Assembly: GCA_947454465.1 (NCBI GenBank)
Contig: CANGJP010000005.1
Location: forward strand, 1,565 to 65,564
Length of the DNA: 64,000 nt
Source of the DNA: Pseudomonadota bacterium
Lineage (GTDB): Bacteria; Pseudomonadota; Gammaproteobacteria; Steroidobacterales; Steroidobacteraceae
Direction: 5' to 3'
The notes under the pieces were generated by a model, which was given only the letters and a program-made list of their open reading frames with translations, ran no database searches and was not told the origin of the DNA. Position numbers and translations under genes: made by a program. Of the stretch, positions 23,032-33,580 are shown piece after piece (within the stretch, counting starts at the first letter, position 1; each line of letters starts with the position of its first letter).

Positions 23032-23811
23032 ATGAATGAATTAGAAATGAAACACCAGTTCGAAGCCGCGTTACTGGCGGCGGGTCGTCCGTTAACTGCG
23101 CAGCAATTGGCTGAATTGTTCGACGAGCGCGAACGCCCCAGTCTTGAGCAAGTGGTCATTGCCTTGAATGCTTTGCAAGCTGATTATCAAGGGCGTGGTA
23201 TTGAGTTGCTAGAAGTCTCCAGCGGCTGGCGTATCCAGATTCGCAGTAACTGCATCGATTTTGTTTCGCGTCTGTGGCAAGAACGTCCAGCACGGTATTC
23301 ACGCGCGTTGCTTGAAACACTGGCATTGATTGCCTATCGACAGCCCATTACCCGTGGTGAGATTGAAGAGATTCGTGGTGTGGCCGTCAGCAGTACCATC
23401 ATGCGCACCTTGCATGACCGTAACTGGATTCGCGTGGTGGGGCATCGTGAAGTACCTGGACGTCCTGAGTTGCTCGCAACCAATAAGGACTTCCTGGATT
23501 ATTTCGGGTTGAAGAGTCTTGATGAGTTGCCAACCTTGGCTGAATTGAAGGACGTTGAAACAATTGGTGTTCAATTGGAGTTCAATACTGCCGATGTAGT
23601 GAGTGATCAACAATCGGCAGATGCTCAGGCCGAAGCCGAGCAGACAGAGGGTGTTGCTGATACTGAATCATCAGAGTCAGCAGAGTCAGCAGAGTCAGCA
23701 GAGTCAGCAGAGTCAGAAGGACTTGCTGATTCGGCATCTGATCTTGAAGTTGGTGAATCGGTTGCAGTTCCAGATGATGCAGTGAGTGACAACACAACCG
23801 AGGTTGCATAA
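23032..23811 (+). CDS. scpB: segregation and condensation protein B
   Basis: ALLETLALIAYRQPITRGEIEEIRGV winged-helix motif. Acidic C-terminal tail containing an (SAE)n repeat. Confidence 0.92.
   Translation: MNELEMKHQFEAALLAAGRPLTAQQLAELFDERERPSLEQVVIALNALQADYQGRGIELLEVSSGWRIQIRSNCIDFVSRLWQERPARYSRALLETLALIAYRQPITRGEIEEIRGVAVSSTIMRTLHDRNWIRVVGHREVPGRPELLATNKDFLDYFGLKSLDELPTLAELKDVETIGVQLEFNTADVVSDQQSADAQAEAEQTEGVADTESSESAESAESAESAESEGLADSASDLEVGESVAVPDDAVSDNTTEVA
23673..23717. repeat. in-frame 9-bp tandem repeat (AGAGTCAGC x4 perfect + 1 imperfect) in scpB tail
   Basis: Read directly: 23673-23708 holds four perfect units, and the fifth unit has one mismatch. Encodes SAESAESAESAESAE. Confidence 0.9.
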
Positions 23812-23814
23812 CTC

Positions 23815-24876
23815 ATGTCCGAGCGTCTGCACAAGATTCTAGCGCAGCACGGCATTGGTTCGCGTCGCGAGGCGGAACGTTGGATCTTGGAAGGCCGAAT
23901 TCAGATCAACGGTGTTACTGCCAAGACCGGTGATCGTTATGAAGTGGGTGATCGAGTGCAACTGGACGGTCGCGACGTTGGTAAGCGACTGGATCATGTA
24001 TTGAATGCACAGGTGCTGGCCTATCACAAACCGCAAGGGCAGCCGATTGAACGACGTCCTGCTGATCATCAATCTCCCGATCATGCTCCCGAGACAGTGG
24101 ATGAGTCTGTTGAAGAACGACTGCCCGTGCAGCGCGGTTCGCGCTGGGTGGCGATTAATCCCATGCATCCGGGTGATAGTGGTTTGTTGTTGTTTACTAA
24201 CGACGGAACCTTGTCTTACGCACTGACACGTCAGAAGAAAAAAATCCCGACGACTTACATGGTGCGTGTGCATGTACGTGGTGGTGTTGCGGCCGCACCG
24301 GTGCTACCAACGACGTTGCGTTTAGATAATGAAACCATCGAGTTCACAGAAGTCTCAGTGAGTAATACGGCACCAGAGGGTGAAAGTGAATCCGGAAATA
24401 TTTGGTACAAGGTCGTGATGCCACGTGCAGATAAACGCGCTGCAGTACGCGCCTTGTTTGTTAGTCATGATCTGACGGTCAGTCGGATGATGCAGGTGGC
24501 TTTTGGTGAGATCACCTTGACTAAAGATATGCCGCGCGCCCGTTCGGTGTCGTTAAAGCCGGCTCAGATGGAGCATTTATATGGCCTGGCGCAGTTATCG
24601 GTACCCGTGAATCCTGCGCTGCGCCCAACGCGGATGAATCGAAGTCGTGGTCATGGTGCGCGTCATGCCGGTAGTGACGTTAGTGGTGAGATCCCGACAC
24701 TCACGGCCAAGGAGTTGAGTGCCGCGGGGCGAGTACGCCGTTCTGCTCAAGCCATGACCTCAACTGCCGATCAAGCGGCGGTACGGCCTGTGCAGCAGCG
24801 TGCTGCACTGCGGCGAGGTAAGGGCGGCGGCTCTAATCGTGCGTCGCGGCCGAGACCTGCTGGGTTTAAGAGATAG
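23815..24876 (+). CDS. rluB: RluB-family 23S rRNA pseudouridine synthase homologue with non-canonical catalytic motif
   Basis: S4 domain (MSERLHKILAQHGIGSRREAERWILEGRIQING) plus RsuA/RluB core (SGLLLFTNDG, YMVRV). The expected GRLD is replaced by NPMH. Basic C-terminal tail. Conserved scpA-scpB-rluB order. Confidence 0.8.
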   Translation: MSERLHKILAQHGIGSRREAERWILEGRIQINGVTAKTGDRYEVGDRVQLDGRDVGKRLDHVLNAQVLAYHKPQGQPIERRPADHQSPDHAPETVDESVEERLPVQRGSRWVAINPMHPGDSGLLLFTNDGTLSYALTRQKKKIPTTYMVRVHVRGGVAAAPVLPTTLRLDNETIEFTEVSVSNTAPEGESESGNIWYKVVMPRADKRAAVRALFVSHDLTVSRMMQVAFGEITLTKDMPRARSVSLKPAQMEHLYGLAQLSVPVNPALRPTRMNRSRGHGARHAGSDVSGEIPTLTAKELSAAGRVRRSAQAMTSTADQAAVRPVQQRAALRRGKGGGSNRASRPRPAGFKR

Positions 24877-24901
24877 CCCGTAAGACGACCAGGAAGCTTT
24901 C

Positions 24902-25750
24902 ATGCAGCGTTTCGTTTTGACTTTGTCCTGTCCTGACCGTACCGGCATTGTGGCGGCGGTCGCTAATTTTCTGCTTGAGCGTCAATTCAATATTGTTGAC
25001 AGTGCGCAATTTGGTGATGAGGCCAACAAGCTGTTTTTCATGCGCGTGTGTTTTGCGCCAGAGCGCAGTGTTCAAGTCGAAGCTATTCGTGAGGTGTTTA
25101 AGCCCATCGGCATGCATTTTAATATGCAATGGGCGATTCATGATGTAGCGATTAAACACCGTGTCATGTTGCTGGTATCAAAGTTCGGTCATTGCTTGAA
25201 TGATCTGCTGTATCGACATCGTATTGGTGCGTTGCCCATCGAGATTCCAGCCATTGTGTCCAATCACCGTGATTTTTATCAGTTGGCAGCGGCGAATAAC
25301 ATCCCGTTTCATTACTTGCCAGTCACTAAAGACACCAAGGACAAACAAGAGCAGAAACTGGTTGAGTTGTTTCAGGAAGAACGCTGTGATTTGTTGGTGT
25401 TAGCGCGCTACATGCAAATTCTTTCGCCGGCTTTATGTGTGCAGCTAAAAGAGCGGGCAATCAATATTCATCATTCCTTTCTGCCGAGTTTTCAGGGCGC
25501 CAAGCCGTATCAACAAGCACATGATCGAGGTGTGAAGCTGATTGGCGCTACGGCTCACTACGTGACTCAGGATCTGGACGAAGGACCCATCATTGAACAG
25601 GATGTGGCCCGCGTTGATCACGCCATGAGCGTAGAGGACTGTGCTTCGGTCGGTCGCGATGTGGAATGCGCCGTGCTGGCCCGTGCCGTGAAATGGCACG
25701 TTGAGCACCGTATTTTGCTCAACGGCACGCGCACGGTGATTTTTAAGTAG
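24902..25750 (+). CDS. purU: formyltetrahydrofolate deformylase
   Basis: N-terminal ACT domain (VLTLSCPDRTGIVAAVANFL) plus formyltransferase core (INIHHSFLPSFQGAKPYQQA). Confidence 0.94.
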   Translation: MQRFVLTLSCPDRTGIVAAVANFLLERQFNIVDSAQFGDEANKLFFMRVCFAPERSVQVEAIREVFKPIGMHFNMQWAIHDVAIKHRVMLLVSKFGHCLNDLLYRHRIGALPIEIPAIVSNHRDFYQLAAANNIPFHYLPVTKDTKDKQEQKLVELFQEERCDLLVLARYMQILSPALCVQLKERAINIHHSFLPSFQGAKPYQQAHDRGVKLIGATAHYVTQDLDEGPIIEQDVARVDHAMSVEDCASVGRDVECAVLARAVKWHVEHRILLNGTRTVIFK

Positions 25751-26510
25751 TGCTGTTGAGCGCTTGGCCAGTGAGGCCCTTGCTGCTGTTGCTCAGCAGG
25801 AATAAGTAGCCTTTCAGAACGTCTTCGGGTTTGGCCAATGCATCACGGTTCTCAGCAGAAAAAGCTTGCATACGAATCTTGGTGTTGGTGATGCCTGGGT
25901 TGAAACTGTTTACTCGCACTTTCGTGTTGCTCAGTTCATCTGCCAACATTCGCATCATGCCTTCGTTGGCCCACTTGGATACCAGATACGGGCCCCAGTG
26001 CGCGCATGCTTGCGAAGCTACATCACAGCTACTGAAAATTATCGAGGCATCCTCTGATTTTTTAAGCAGTGGCAGGCAATGACGCGTCAAAATGAAGGGC
26101 GCGTTGGTGTTCACGTGCATGGCGCGTAACCATTTCTGGATATCGTGATGCTCAATCGGCGCGCGTTCTGCCAGCATGGCGGCGTTATGCACCAGTCCAT
26201 CTAAACGGCCGAAATTGGTTTCGATGGCATCGGCCATCGCCTCGTACTCTGCAGGCCCTGCCTTTTCAAAATCCAGAGGTAACAAGGCCATGGGGTGAGT
26301 GTTGGGATCGGTGACCAGATTGGCCACGGCTTCCAGTTTTCTTTGATTGCGTCCATGTGCAATGACCTGCGCGCCCAACGTGGCGGCCGCAATCGCCAAT
26401 GCTTTACCGATGCCATCGGTTGCACCGGTAATCAGGATGACCCGGCCGCGAAGGGCATCCGCAGCGGGTTGAAAGGTTGTTAATTGTTGCATGGTGATTC
26501 GAACTGCCAA
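25743..26510 (-). CDS. yciK: YciK-family short-chain dehydrogenase/reductase
   Basis: LRGRVILITGATDGIGKA (TGxxxGIG), YLVSKWANEG (YxxxK). Collinear with E. coli YciK. Confidence 0.88.
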   Translation of the reverse strand: MAVRITMQQLTTFQPAADALRGRVILITGATDGIGKALAIAAATLGAQVIAHGRNQRKLEAVANLVTDPNTHPMALLPLDFEKAGPAEYEAMADAIETNFGRLDGLVHNAAMLAERAPIEHHDIQKWLRAMHVNTNAPFILTRHCLPLLKKSEDASIIFSSCDVASQACAHWGPYLVSKWANEGMMRMLADELSNTKVRVNSFNPGITNTKIRMQAFSAENRDALAKPEDVLKGYLFLLSNSSKGLTGQALNSTT

Positions 26511-26588
26511 TCAAGGTCGCGCATGATAGGGGGTGTTGCACTGAAGACCAAGTATGCAACTCACCTGAATGCGTGATTTTTAGTGTTT

Positions 26589-27416
26589 TCAGCCTAGCTT
26601 GCGTGCAGTACGCCACGCCAGCCATAGTTTACGTAGGGGGCTCAGTTCGAGCGGTACGCGGGTGTACCGTGTTGGATCGAGACTGATCATCCTGATCAGG
26701 CCGGCATGCAATTCGGCCAATACCAGCAGTGGGCGAAGTGCCTGTTTTTCTACCGTGAGCAAGCCTTGCTTAAGGGTGTTCAGTGCCATCAGTTGCTGTG
26801 TGCAGCGGCTTTGAATCAGTGCAATGAATTCAGGCGGCCACTCGCTGGACTGCAGGGATTCGTATTCGATATTCAGTGTATCCAGTTCGTCGAGAGGTAT
26901 AAATAAGCGACCGTGATGCAGGTCTTGACGCAGGTCACGGAGGATTTCTGCCTGTCGGATGAATGCACCGAGTCGCGTGGCGGCATCGATCAGTTGTGGG
27001 GAAGGGTGTTCAGTGAAACAGTGCGCCCCCATTGCCATGAGTCCACCAAGTCCGCCGTGTAGATACCGTGAGAGTTCTGCTTCGGTTTCAAAAGTAGTTC
27101 GAGCCAATTCTTGTGCGCTGCTTAGTAAAACGGCATGTAACGAATTGAAATCGCTGTTGCGTGAATGGTGTTGCAGCACTTGCGTGGCGGGATGCCGTGC
27201 TTGGCCTGCGATCAGGTTGTCAATTTCCTCACGCCACCATTGCAGTCGAATATGTGCCACGTCATGACTGGCGCGCGCAGTGTCGTTCAACTCACTTTCT
27301 ATCACGAATACAGCGGCGAGGGGTTCGCGGTGTGCATCGGGGCAATATAGCCACGCGTAATACCGCATCGAGCCCGGCGGCAGTGCGCGCGTTAAAAAAG
27401 ATTGATCAAGCATCAT
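26589..27416 (-). CDS. squalene/phytoene synthase family protein (first Asp-rich motif degenerate)
   Basis: AEILRDLRQDLHHGRLFIPLDEL resembles the second DxxxD region of the family. The first motif position reads IESELND. Confidence 0.65.
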   Translation of the reverse strand: MMLDQSFLTRALPPGSMRYYAWLYCPDAHREPLAAVFVIESELNDTARASHDVAHIRLQWWREEIDNLIAGQARHPATQVLQHHSRNSDFNSLHAVLLSSAQELARTTFETEAELSRYLHGGLGGLMAMGAHCFTEHPSPQLIDAATRLGAFIRQAEILRDLRQDLHHGRLFIPLDELDTLNIEYESLQSSEWPPEFIALIQSRCTQQLMALNTLKQGLLTVEKQALRPLLVLAELHAGLIRMISLDPTRYTRVPLELSPLRKLWLAWRTARKLG

Positions 27417-27492
27417 GCGTATACAGAGGGAGGCTGTGGGCGGTCACAGGCCATGCTACAGCTTTCAGACATCAAGTCGGTGACATGTGCTG

Positions 27493-28770
27493 TCATGATT
27501 TTTCAGTGGGGGCCTCCAGTTGTGCCTGAGTCGGTGTGCGTGCCAAGACTTCAATGGGTTCGATGGAATCCAGTTCTTTATCAGGACGAATGCCCAGTTC
27601 AGTGAACTTGCGTGCACCCGGTAATACCTGCCGTTCAAGCGAGCCCATGGCTGCATTGAAGGCTTCGACGCTGCCATTCAAGTTACGGGATACTTTGCTG
27701 AGATGGGAGGTGAAGACATTGAGACGCTTGTATAAGTCGGCCCCTAAGTCACGAATGATTTGCGCGTTTTGTGCCAATGCCGTTTGTCGCCAACCGTAGG
27801 CCACCGCCTTGAGTAAGGCCACCAAGCTAGAAGGCGTGGCAATAATCACGTCTTGACGAATCGCATCTTCAAGCAGGCCTGGATTTTCAGCCAATGCTGC
27901 ACTGAGGAATTGATCGCCGGGAATAAACAGAATCACAAAGTCGGGGCTTTTCTCGAACTGCGCCCAGTAACTCTTAGCCGATAATTCTTTTACGCGCTGG
28001 CTGACCATGTTTGCATGACGCTGAAGCGCGTTCTGACGAGTTTCATCGGTGCTGGCTTCAACCGCTTCAAGGTAGGCATCCAGCGGTGTTTTTACATCGA
28101 CAACCAATGTCCTACCATCTGGCATGTTGACGATCATGTCGGGACGCAGCGCCCCTTCAGTGGTTTTAGTATGAACCTGTTCATTGAAGTCGCAGTGTTC
28201 GACCATGCCTGCCAGTTCGGCCAGTCGTTTTAAGGTTAATTCGCCCCATTGGCCGCGTACTTCGGGTCGGCGTAGTGCGGTAACAAGATTGCGGGTTTCT
28301 TTTTGCAAGGCTTGTTGGCCAAGCGTGACAAATTCAAGTGATTTACGCAGTTCGCCAAACGTTTCAGCCCGTTCTTTTTCGATGCGAATAATTTGTTGTT
28401 CGGTTTTGCTGAGAGCTTCGCGTATTGGCGTGACTAGCGTTTCAATCGCTTTTTCACGTTCGCCTAATGCAGTGTTGGCCGCTTGCTGATGTTGTCCTAA
28501 GTGTTCCCGTGCCAGTTGTAAAAACGTTTCGCTGTTGGCTCGTAGTGAGCTACCGGCCACAGTATCAAATACAGAGGAAAGTCGTTCCATGCTGAGTTGC
28601 AATGCCGTCTCGCGTTCTAGATTGAGTTGCTCTTGCGATTTGATTTGGGCTTGGGCAACGGCCAATTCTGCGGTGAGTTGTTGTTCATACCGATTAGCCT
28701 GATGGCGGGCGACTAACCAGCCCATCAGCAGTCCGGTGAACAAGGCCAAACAGATGATGATAAGTTCCAT
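27493..28770 (-). CDS. rmuC: DNA recombination protein RmuC
   Basis: N-terminal TM, long coiled coil, C-terminal RmuC nuclease-like domain (PDMIVNMPDGRTLVVDVKTPL...FVILFIPGDQF). Confidence 0.9.
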   Translation of the reverse strand: MELIIICLALFTGLLMGWLVARHQANRYEQQLTAELAVAQAQIKSQEQLNLERETALQLSMERLSSVFDTVAGSSLRANSETFLQLAREHLGQHQQAANTALGEREKAIETLVTPIREALSKTEQQIIRIEKERAETFGELRKSLEFVTLGQQALQKETRNLVTALRRPEVRGQWGELTLKRLAELAGMVEHCDFNEQVHTKTTEGALRPDMIVNMPDGRTLVVDVKTPLDAYLEAVEASTDETRQNALQRHANMVSQRVKELSAKSYWAQFEKSPDFVILFIPGDQFLSAALAENPGLLEDAIRQDVIIATPSSLVALLKAVAYGWRQTALAQNAQIIRDLGADLYKRLNVFTSHLSKVSRNLNGSVEAFNAAMGSLERQVLPGARKFTELGIRPDKELDSIEPIEVLARTPTQAQLEAPTEKS

Positions 28771-28772
28771 GG

Positions 28773-29483
28773 TTAGACCAAAGGCTTGCTGACATGCATC
28801 AGGTAATTTACCTCCACATTACTGCCAAGCGAGCAGTGGTGTGTCAGAGGATGAAACTGAAGGCCGGTAATGTCGTGCAAGTCCAGATGGGCATCACGCA
28901 CCCAAGCTGACAGTTCGGAAGGACGAATAAACTGCGCATAGGTGTGTGTGCCTTTGGGTAATAACTTCAGTAGGTATTCCGCACCGAGGATGGCCATGGC
29001 ATAGGATTTTAGATTGCGATTCAAAGTGGAAAACACCGCGTGGCCGCCGGGTTTCAGCATGGCTGCAATTGTGCTGATCACGCTTGCCGGATCAGGGACA
29101 TGTTCCAGCATTTCAAGGCAGGTGATCACGTCATAGTGACCAAGGTGTTGTAAGGCATGTTGTTCCGCTGATTCTCGCAGATAGCGAATATTCAGGCCGG
29201 CATCCAGTGCGTGCAGGGTGGCCACTTCGATGGTGGACTGGCCTAAATCGATGCCCGTGACCTGTGCGCCGCGTTGATGCATAGCCTCGCACAGCAGGCC
29301 ACCACCACAGCCGACATCCAGCACATGCTTGCCGTTTAAGTGGGTGCGTTGATCGATATAACCGACACGCACGGGATTCATGATGTGCAGCGGCTTAAAC
29401 TCGCCATGTGCGTCCCACCAGCGCTGTGCAAGGCTATCGAAACGGGCAATTTCGGCAGGGTCGTGGTTGGCGGTGGGGTTCAT
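28773..29483 (-). CDS. ubiG: bifunctional 3-demethylubiquinone / 2-polyprenyl-6-hydroxyphenol methylase
   Basis: FDSLAQRWWD, SAM motif VLDVGCGGGLL. Divergent from gyrA as in E. coli. Confidence 0.94.
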   Translation of the reverse strand: MNPTANHDPAEIARFDSLAQRWWDAHGEFKPLHIMNPVRVGYIDQRTHLNGKHVLDVGCGGGLLCEAMHQRGAQVTGIDLGQSTIEVATLHALDAGLNIRYLRESAEQHALQHLGHYDVITCLEMLEHVPDPASVISTIAAMLKPGGHAVFSTLNRNLKSYAMAILGAEYLLKLLPKGTHTYAQFIRPSELSAWVRDAHLDLHDITGLQFHPLTHHCSLGSNVEVNYLMHVSKPLV

Positions 29484-29718
29484 GGCGCGTCTAACTGGAG
29501 GAGCTTGGAAGTATAACGGTCTGGATCAAATTTGGTGTGCCTGATTCGGTGTCTGACGGCGGCCTGATGAAAGGAAAATCACAAGGGGTTTTATGCTCAA
29601 AAATGGTTTGTCTCTGTGCTAGAATTAGCCAAATAACCAGCGTCTCTTGACGGGCATCTGACAAGACCGAAAAGCAGCATTCATTACTCGGCATCCACAG
29701 CGAAAACTCGGCTTAACC

Positions 29719-32307
29719 ATGACTCAAATCGCCAGCGAAATCCTGCACGTCAATCTCGAAGATGAGATGCGTCAATCCTATCTGGATTACGCCATGAGCG
29801 TGATCGTGGGGCGTGCATTACCGGATGTGCGAGATGGCTTAAAGCCCGTGCATCGTCGCGTCTTGTTTGCTATGCGGGAACTCAGCAACGACTGGAACAA
29901 GCCCTATAAAAAATCGGCCCGTGTGGTCGGTGACGTGATCGGTAAATACCATCCTCATGGTGATACTGCTGTGTATGACACCATCGTGCGCATGGCACAG
30001 CCGTTCTCCATGCGTTATTTGTTGGTAGATGGCCAGGGTAATTTCGGCTCGGTGGACGGTGATTCTCCTGCTGCGATGCGTTACACCGAAGTGCGTATGT
30101 CCAAGCTGGCGCATGAGTTACTGGCTGACATCGACAAGGAAACGGTGGATTTCACACCGAACTATGACGAATCCGAACATGAACCGGCCGTGTTGCCTGC
30201 TCGTATCCCGAACCTGCTGATTAATGGCCAGACGGGTATTGCGGTTGGTATGGCGACCAATATTCCCCCGCATAATTTGGGTGAAGTGATTGATGCTTGT
30301 GTGGCCTTGCTGGACAACCCAGTTATCACTATTGCCGAATTAATGCAGCATATTCCCGCTCCCGATTTTCCAACGGCGGGCATCATCAATGGCACCCAAG
30401 AAATTGCTCAGGCCTATCACACTGGTCGTGGCCGGGTGTATATGCGCGCGCGTACCAACATTGAGGAAGATGAGAAAGGCCGTCAGACCATTGTGGTCAC
30501 CGAGTTACCTTATCAGGTAAACAAAGCGCGTTTGATTGAGCGCATTGCCGAATTAGTGCGTGAGAAGGTGATCGAAGGTATTGCCTCGGATGGATTGCGT
30601 GATGAGTCCGATAAAGACGGCATGCGTATTGTCATCGAGCTTAAGCGTGGCGAAGTCGCGGACGTAGTGTTGAATAATTTATTCAAGCACACAGCGATGG
30701 ATTCAGTGTTCGGCATCAACATGGTGGCGTTGTTAGACGGTCAGCCTAAGCTGCTAAACCTGAAGGAAGTACTGGATGCGTTCCTGCGTCATCGTCGTGA
30801 AGTGGTGACGCGCCGTACTGTGTTTGAATTGCGTAAGGCGCGTGAACGTGCACACGTGTTGGAAGGTCAGGCGATTGCCTTGGCTAACATTGATGAAGTT
30901 ATTGCCCTTATCAAAGCGTCGCCAACACCTGCGGAAGCGAAGATTGGCTTGATCGGTCGTGACTGGTCGGGTGGTGCCGTGCCGGCCATGCTGGAGCGAG
31001 CGGGTGCCATTTCAACGCGGCCTGATGGTTTGCCACTAGAGTTTGGTCTGCATGGTCAGCGTTACCGGATGTCTGAAGCACAGGCTCAGGCCATTCTGGA
31101 TCTGCGTCTGCATCGTCTGACAGGACTTGAGCAGGACAAAATCATTGCTGAGTATCAGGAGTTGTTACTGAAGATTCAGGATCTTGGTGACATCCTTGCC
31201 CGTGCTGAACGCTTGGTGCAAGTGATTCGTGATGAATTGCTGGAGATTAAAACCACTTATGCCGATGCCCGTCGTACGGAAATTAATCACACCCATTCTG
31301 ATTTAACACTGGAAGATTTGATTGAGCCGCAGGATGTGGTGGTGACCTTGTCGCATGGCGGTTATGCCAAGTCGCAACCGCTTGTGGATTATCAGGCACA
31401 AAAGCGTGGTGGCCGAGGTAAGGCGGCAACATCGATGAAGGATGAAGACTTCATCGATAAATTATTCGTCGCGCACACCCATGACACGCTGCTATGTTTC
31501 TCAAGTGCCGGAAAGCTGTATTGGTTAAAGGTCTATCAATTACCGATGGCCAGCCGTGGCGCACGCGGTAAACCCATTGTTAACCTGTTGCCGCTTGCGG
31601 AGGGTGAGCGCATTAATGCAGTGTTGCCGATCCATGAGTTCTCGGCAGATAAATATGTATTCATGGTGACCAGTCAGGGTACGGTTAAGAAGACCTCGCT
31701 TGAGGCATTCTCGCGTCCCCGTCAGGCCGGTATTATTGCTGTCGATCTTGAAGAGGGCGATCATCTGGTCGGTGTGGACATCACTGATGGCAGTAAGCAC
31801 ATCATGTTGTCTACAGCCACTGGTAAAGCAATTCGATTTAACGAAGAGGATGTACGTCCGATGGGGCGTGTGGCAGCCGGTGTGCGTGGTATCCGCCTTG
31901 CTGAAAACGACGAAGTGATTTCGTTGATTGTTGTGGATGAGGCTGGATTGATCCTAACTGCTTCGGCTAATGGCTATGGCAAACTAACAGAAGTGGCTGA
32001 ATTTCCCGTGCATGGTCGCGGTGGTCAAGGTGTGATCTCCCTGCAGATCACTGAACGAAATGGTGACGTGGTCGCTGCGGTGCAAGTCAAGCCGGAGGAT
32101 GAGCTGATGCTGATCAGTTCCAACGGAACCTTGGTTAGAACACCGGTGAAAGACATTTCTGTTCTCGGTCGTAATACGCAAGGTGTGCGTTTGATTCGCA
32201 TTGATGAAGACGCGCGTCTGGTCAGTGTTGAGCGCATTGTCAGTGATGGCAGTGAAACGGCTGACGGTGAGGGCGTAGACGGTGACAGTGACAGCAGCGA
32301 GTCATGA
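29719..32307 (+). CDS. gyrA: DNA gyrase subunit A
   Basis: [28 protein letters not shown] region [13 protein letters not shown], beta-pinwheel CTD, acidic tail. Confidence 0.98.
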   Translation: MTQIASEILHVNLEDEMRQSYLDYAMSVIVGRALPDVRDGLKPVHRRVLFAMRELSNDWNKPYKKSARVVGDVIGKYHPHGDTAVYDTIVRMAQPFSMRYLLVDGQGNFGSVDGDSPAAMRYTEVRMSKLAHELLADIDKETVDFTPNYDESEHEPAVLPARIPNLLINGQTGIAVGMATNIPPHNLGEVIDACVALLDNPVITIAELMQHIPAPDFPTAGIINGTQEIAQAYHTGRGRVYMRARTNIEEDEKGRQTIVVTELPYQVNKARLIERIAELVREKVIEGIASDGLRDESDKDGMRIVIELKRGEVADVVLNNLFKHTAMDSVFGINMVALLDGQPKLLNLKEVLDAFLRHRREVVTRRTVFELRKARERAHVLEGQAIALANIDEVIALIKASPTPAEAKIGLIGRDWSGGAVPAMLERAGAISTRPDGLPLEFGLHGQRYRMSEAQAQAILDLRLHRLTGLEQDKIIAEYQELLLKIQDLGDILARAERLVQVIRDELLEIKTTYADARRTEINHTHSDLTLEDLIEPQDVVVTLSHGGYAKSQPLVDYQAQKRGGRGKAATSMKDEDFIDKLFVAHTHDTLLCFSSAGKLYWLKVYQLPMASRGARGKPIVNLLPLAEGERINAVLPIHEFSADKYVFMVTSQGTVKKTSLEAFSRPRQAGIIAVDLEEGDHLVGVDITDGSKHIMLSTATGKAIRFNEEDVRPMGRVAAGVRGIRLAENDEVISLIVVDEAGLILTASANGYGKLTEVAEFPVHGRGGQGVISLQITERNGDVVAAVQVKPEDELMLISSNGTLVRTPVKDISVLGRNTQGVRLIRIDEDARLVSVERIVSDGSETADGEGVDGDSDSSES

Positions 32308-32363
32308 TCCACTGATCGTTGCTGTTGATCGATTGACTGAGTTCGGATGTTGTTTATCTCATC

Positions 32364-33362
32364 ATGTTGAATCGTGCTGAGCGGCTGGCGCTGCTGATAT
32401 TTACTGTGTTGATGCTGGCCTTCACTTACAAAGTGCTGGTCAGTCCTAACCGTACTTTCGATTCTTATTTTTATTCCTACTTGATCAGTGATAACGCGGC
32501 TGCCTTCAAAGCAACCTCCGGTGTGCCCGTGGATTTCGTCACCATGCCCGATCGGGATTATGTAGTTCAAGAGCCGTTCTACACCGTTAAGTTATTGTTT
32601 GTTGCCTTGGCAAGGTTAGTGGCTCCTTATGTGGGTGTCGTTCAGGCTCCAACGACCGTCTCGGCGATAGCTTATTTTTTGTGTGGAGGCATGGTGTGGT
32701 TTTGGTTACGTGCCTTGGGTGTTGCTACAACGTGGCGAACGTTGGTAGCCAGTTTAGTGATGTACACACCCTTTATCACCGATGCGGCAGTGATGGGAAC
32801 GCCTGATTTGTTATGTACGTTGTGGTTGGTGACCGCTACGTGGTTACTAACCTGTACCTCTTATCGTTATTTTCCGGGTGCGCTACTTATTCTCTCTGTT
32901 GCAACGCGTACCGACTGTTTGTTGTTAGGCGGTTTATTGTTAATGCTGACGTGGTGGCAGAAACAAGCGTCCACCGTATTCACGATCCTTGTCGGACTGG
33001 CCATGTTGGGTACCTATTGGGCGATTTCGCTGATGGGGTTTCCACACGATCAGTTGATGGACTTGGTTTTACAGAATACCGGCCGTAGTAGTTATGGCGA
33101 TGCATTAATCCAAAATCTTTTAATGCCCGATGTGGCCTTGCTTATTCCCTTTATGCTGTTGGCGTTGATGGCCGTTAAATTACGCTATCAAGTCGGCTTG
33201 ATGGTGGTGTGTGCAGTGTCGGTCGTCTTGCGTTACCTATTGTTGCCCAATTTAGAAAGCCGCTACCTCGTACCGCAGGCGGTCATTGTCTCCGTCATTG
33301 CAGCGGCGGCGATCTTCGGCCAGTCCCAGACTAAAGGTAGCGATGCAGTTAAATTCTGTTAG
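32364..33362 (+). CDS. hypothetical polytopic integral membrane protein
   Basis: 332 aa with ~9-10 hydrophobic segments. I recognise no family motif. Confidence 0.6.
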   Translation: MLNRAERLALLIFTVLMLAFTYKVLVSPNRTFDSYFYSYLISDNAAAFKATSGVPVDFVTMPDRDYVVQEPFYTVKLLFVALARLVAPYVGVVQAPTTVSAIAYFLCGGMVWFWLRALGVATTWRTLVASLVMYTPFITDAAVMGTPDLLCTLWLVTATWLLTCTSYRYFPGALLILSVATRTDCLLLGGLLLMLTWWQKQASTVFTILVGLAMLGTYWAISLMGFPHDQLMDLVLQNTGRSSYGDALIQNLLMPDVALLIPFMLLALMAVKLRYQVGLMVVCAVSVVLRYLLLPNLESRYLVPQAVIVSVIAAAAIFGQSQTKGSDAVKFC

Positions 33363-33580
33363 GGGATAGAGGGGTGCTCAGGTTCCACGGTGTGAGTCAC
33401 TTTAGTTTGGCGTAGGGTATTGTTCGGCCGTCTTTATCTTTTCATGCTCCCGATCTTGCCAAATTTTTAATTTTATTTATGTTGTGTTTACAAGAGTGAG
33501 GTCGTTCACATAGTCTCTACTTAAGTTTTTATTGCCCAAGGCCGATTCTAGAGTCAATCTTCCTTAAGAGGTTTGGTGAA

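Noticed and set aside
29491-29694. 67-aa minus-strand ORF in the ubiG/gyrA divergent spacer
   Set aside because: It occupies the expected divergent promoter region and has no SD or motif. It is most likely non-coding.
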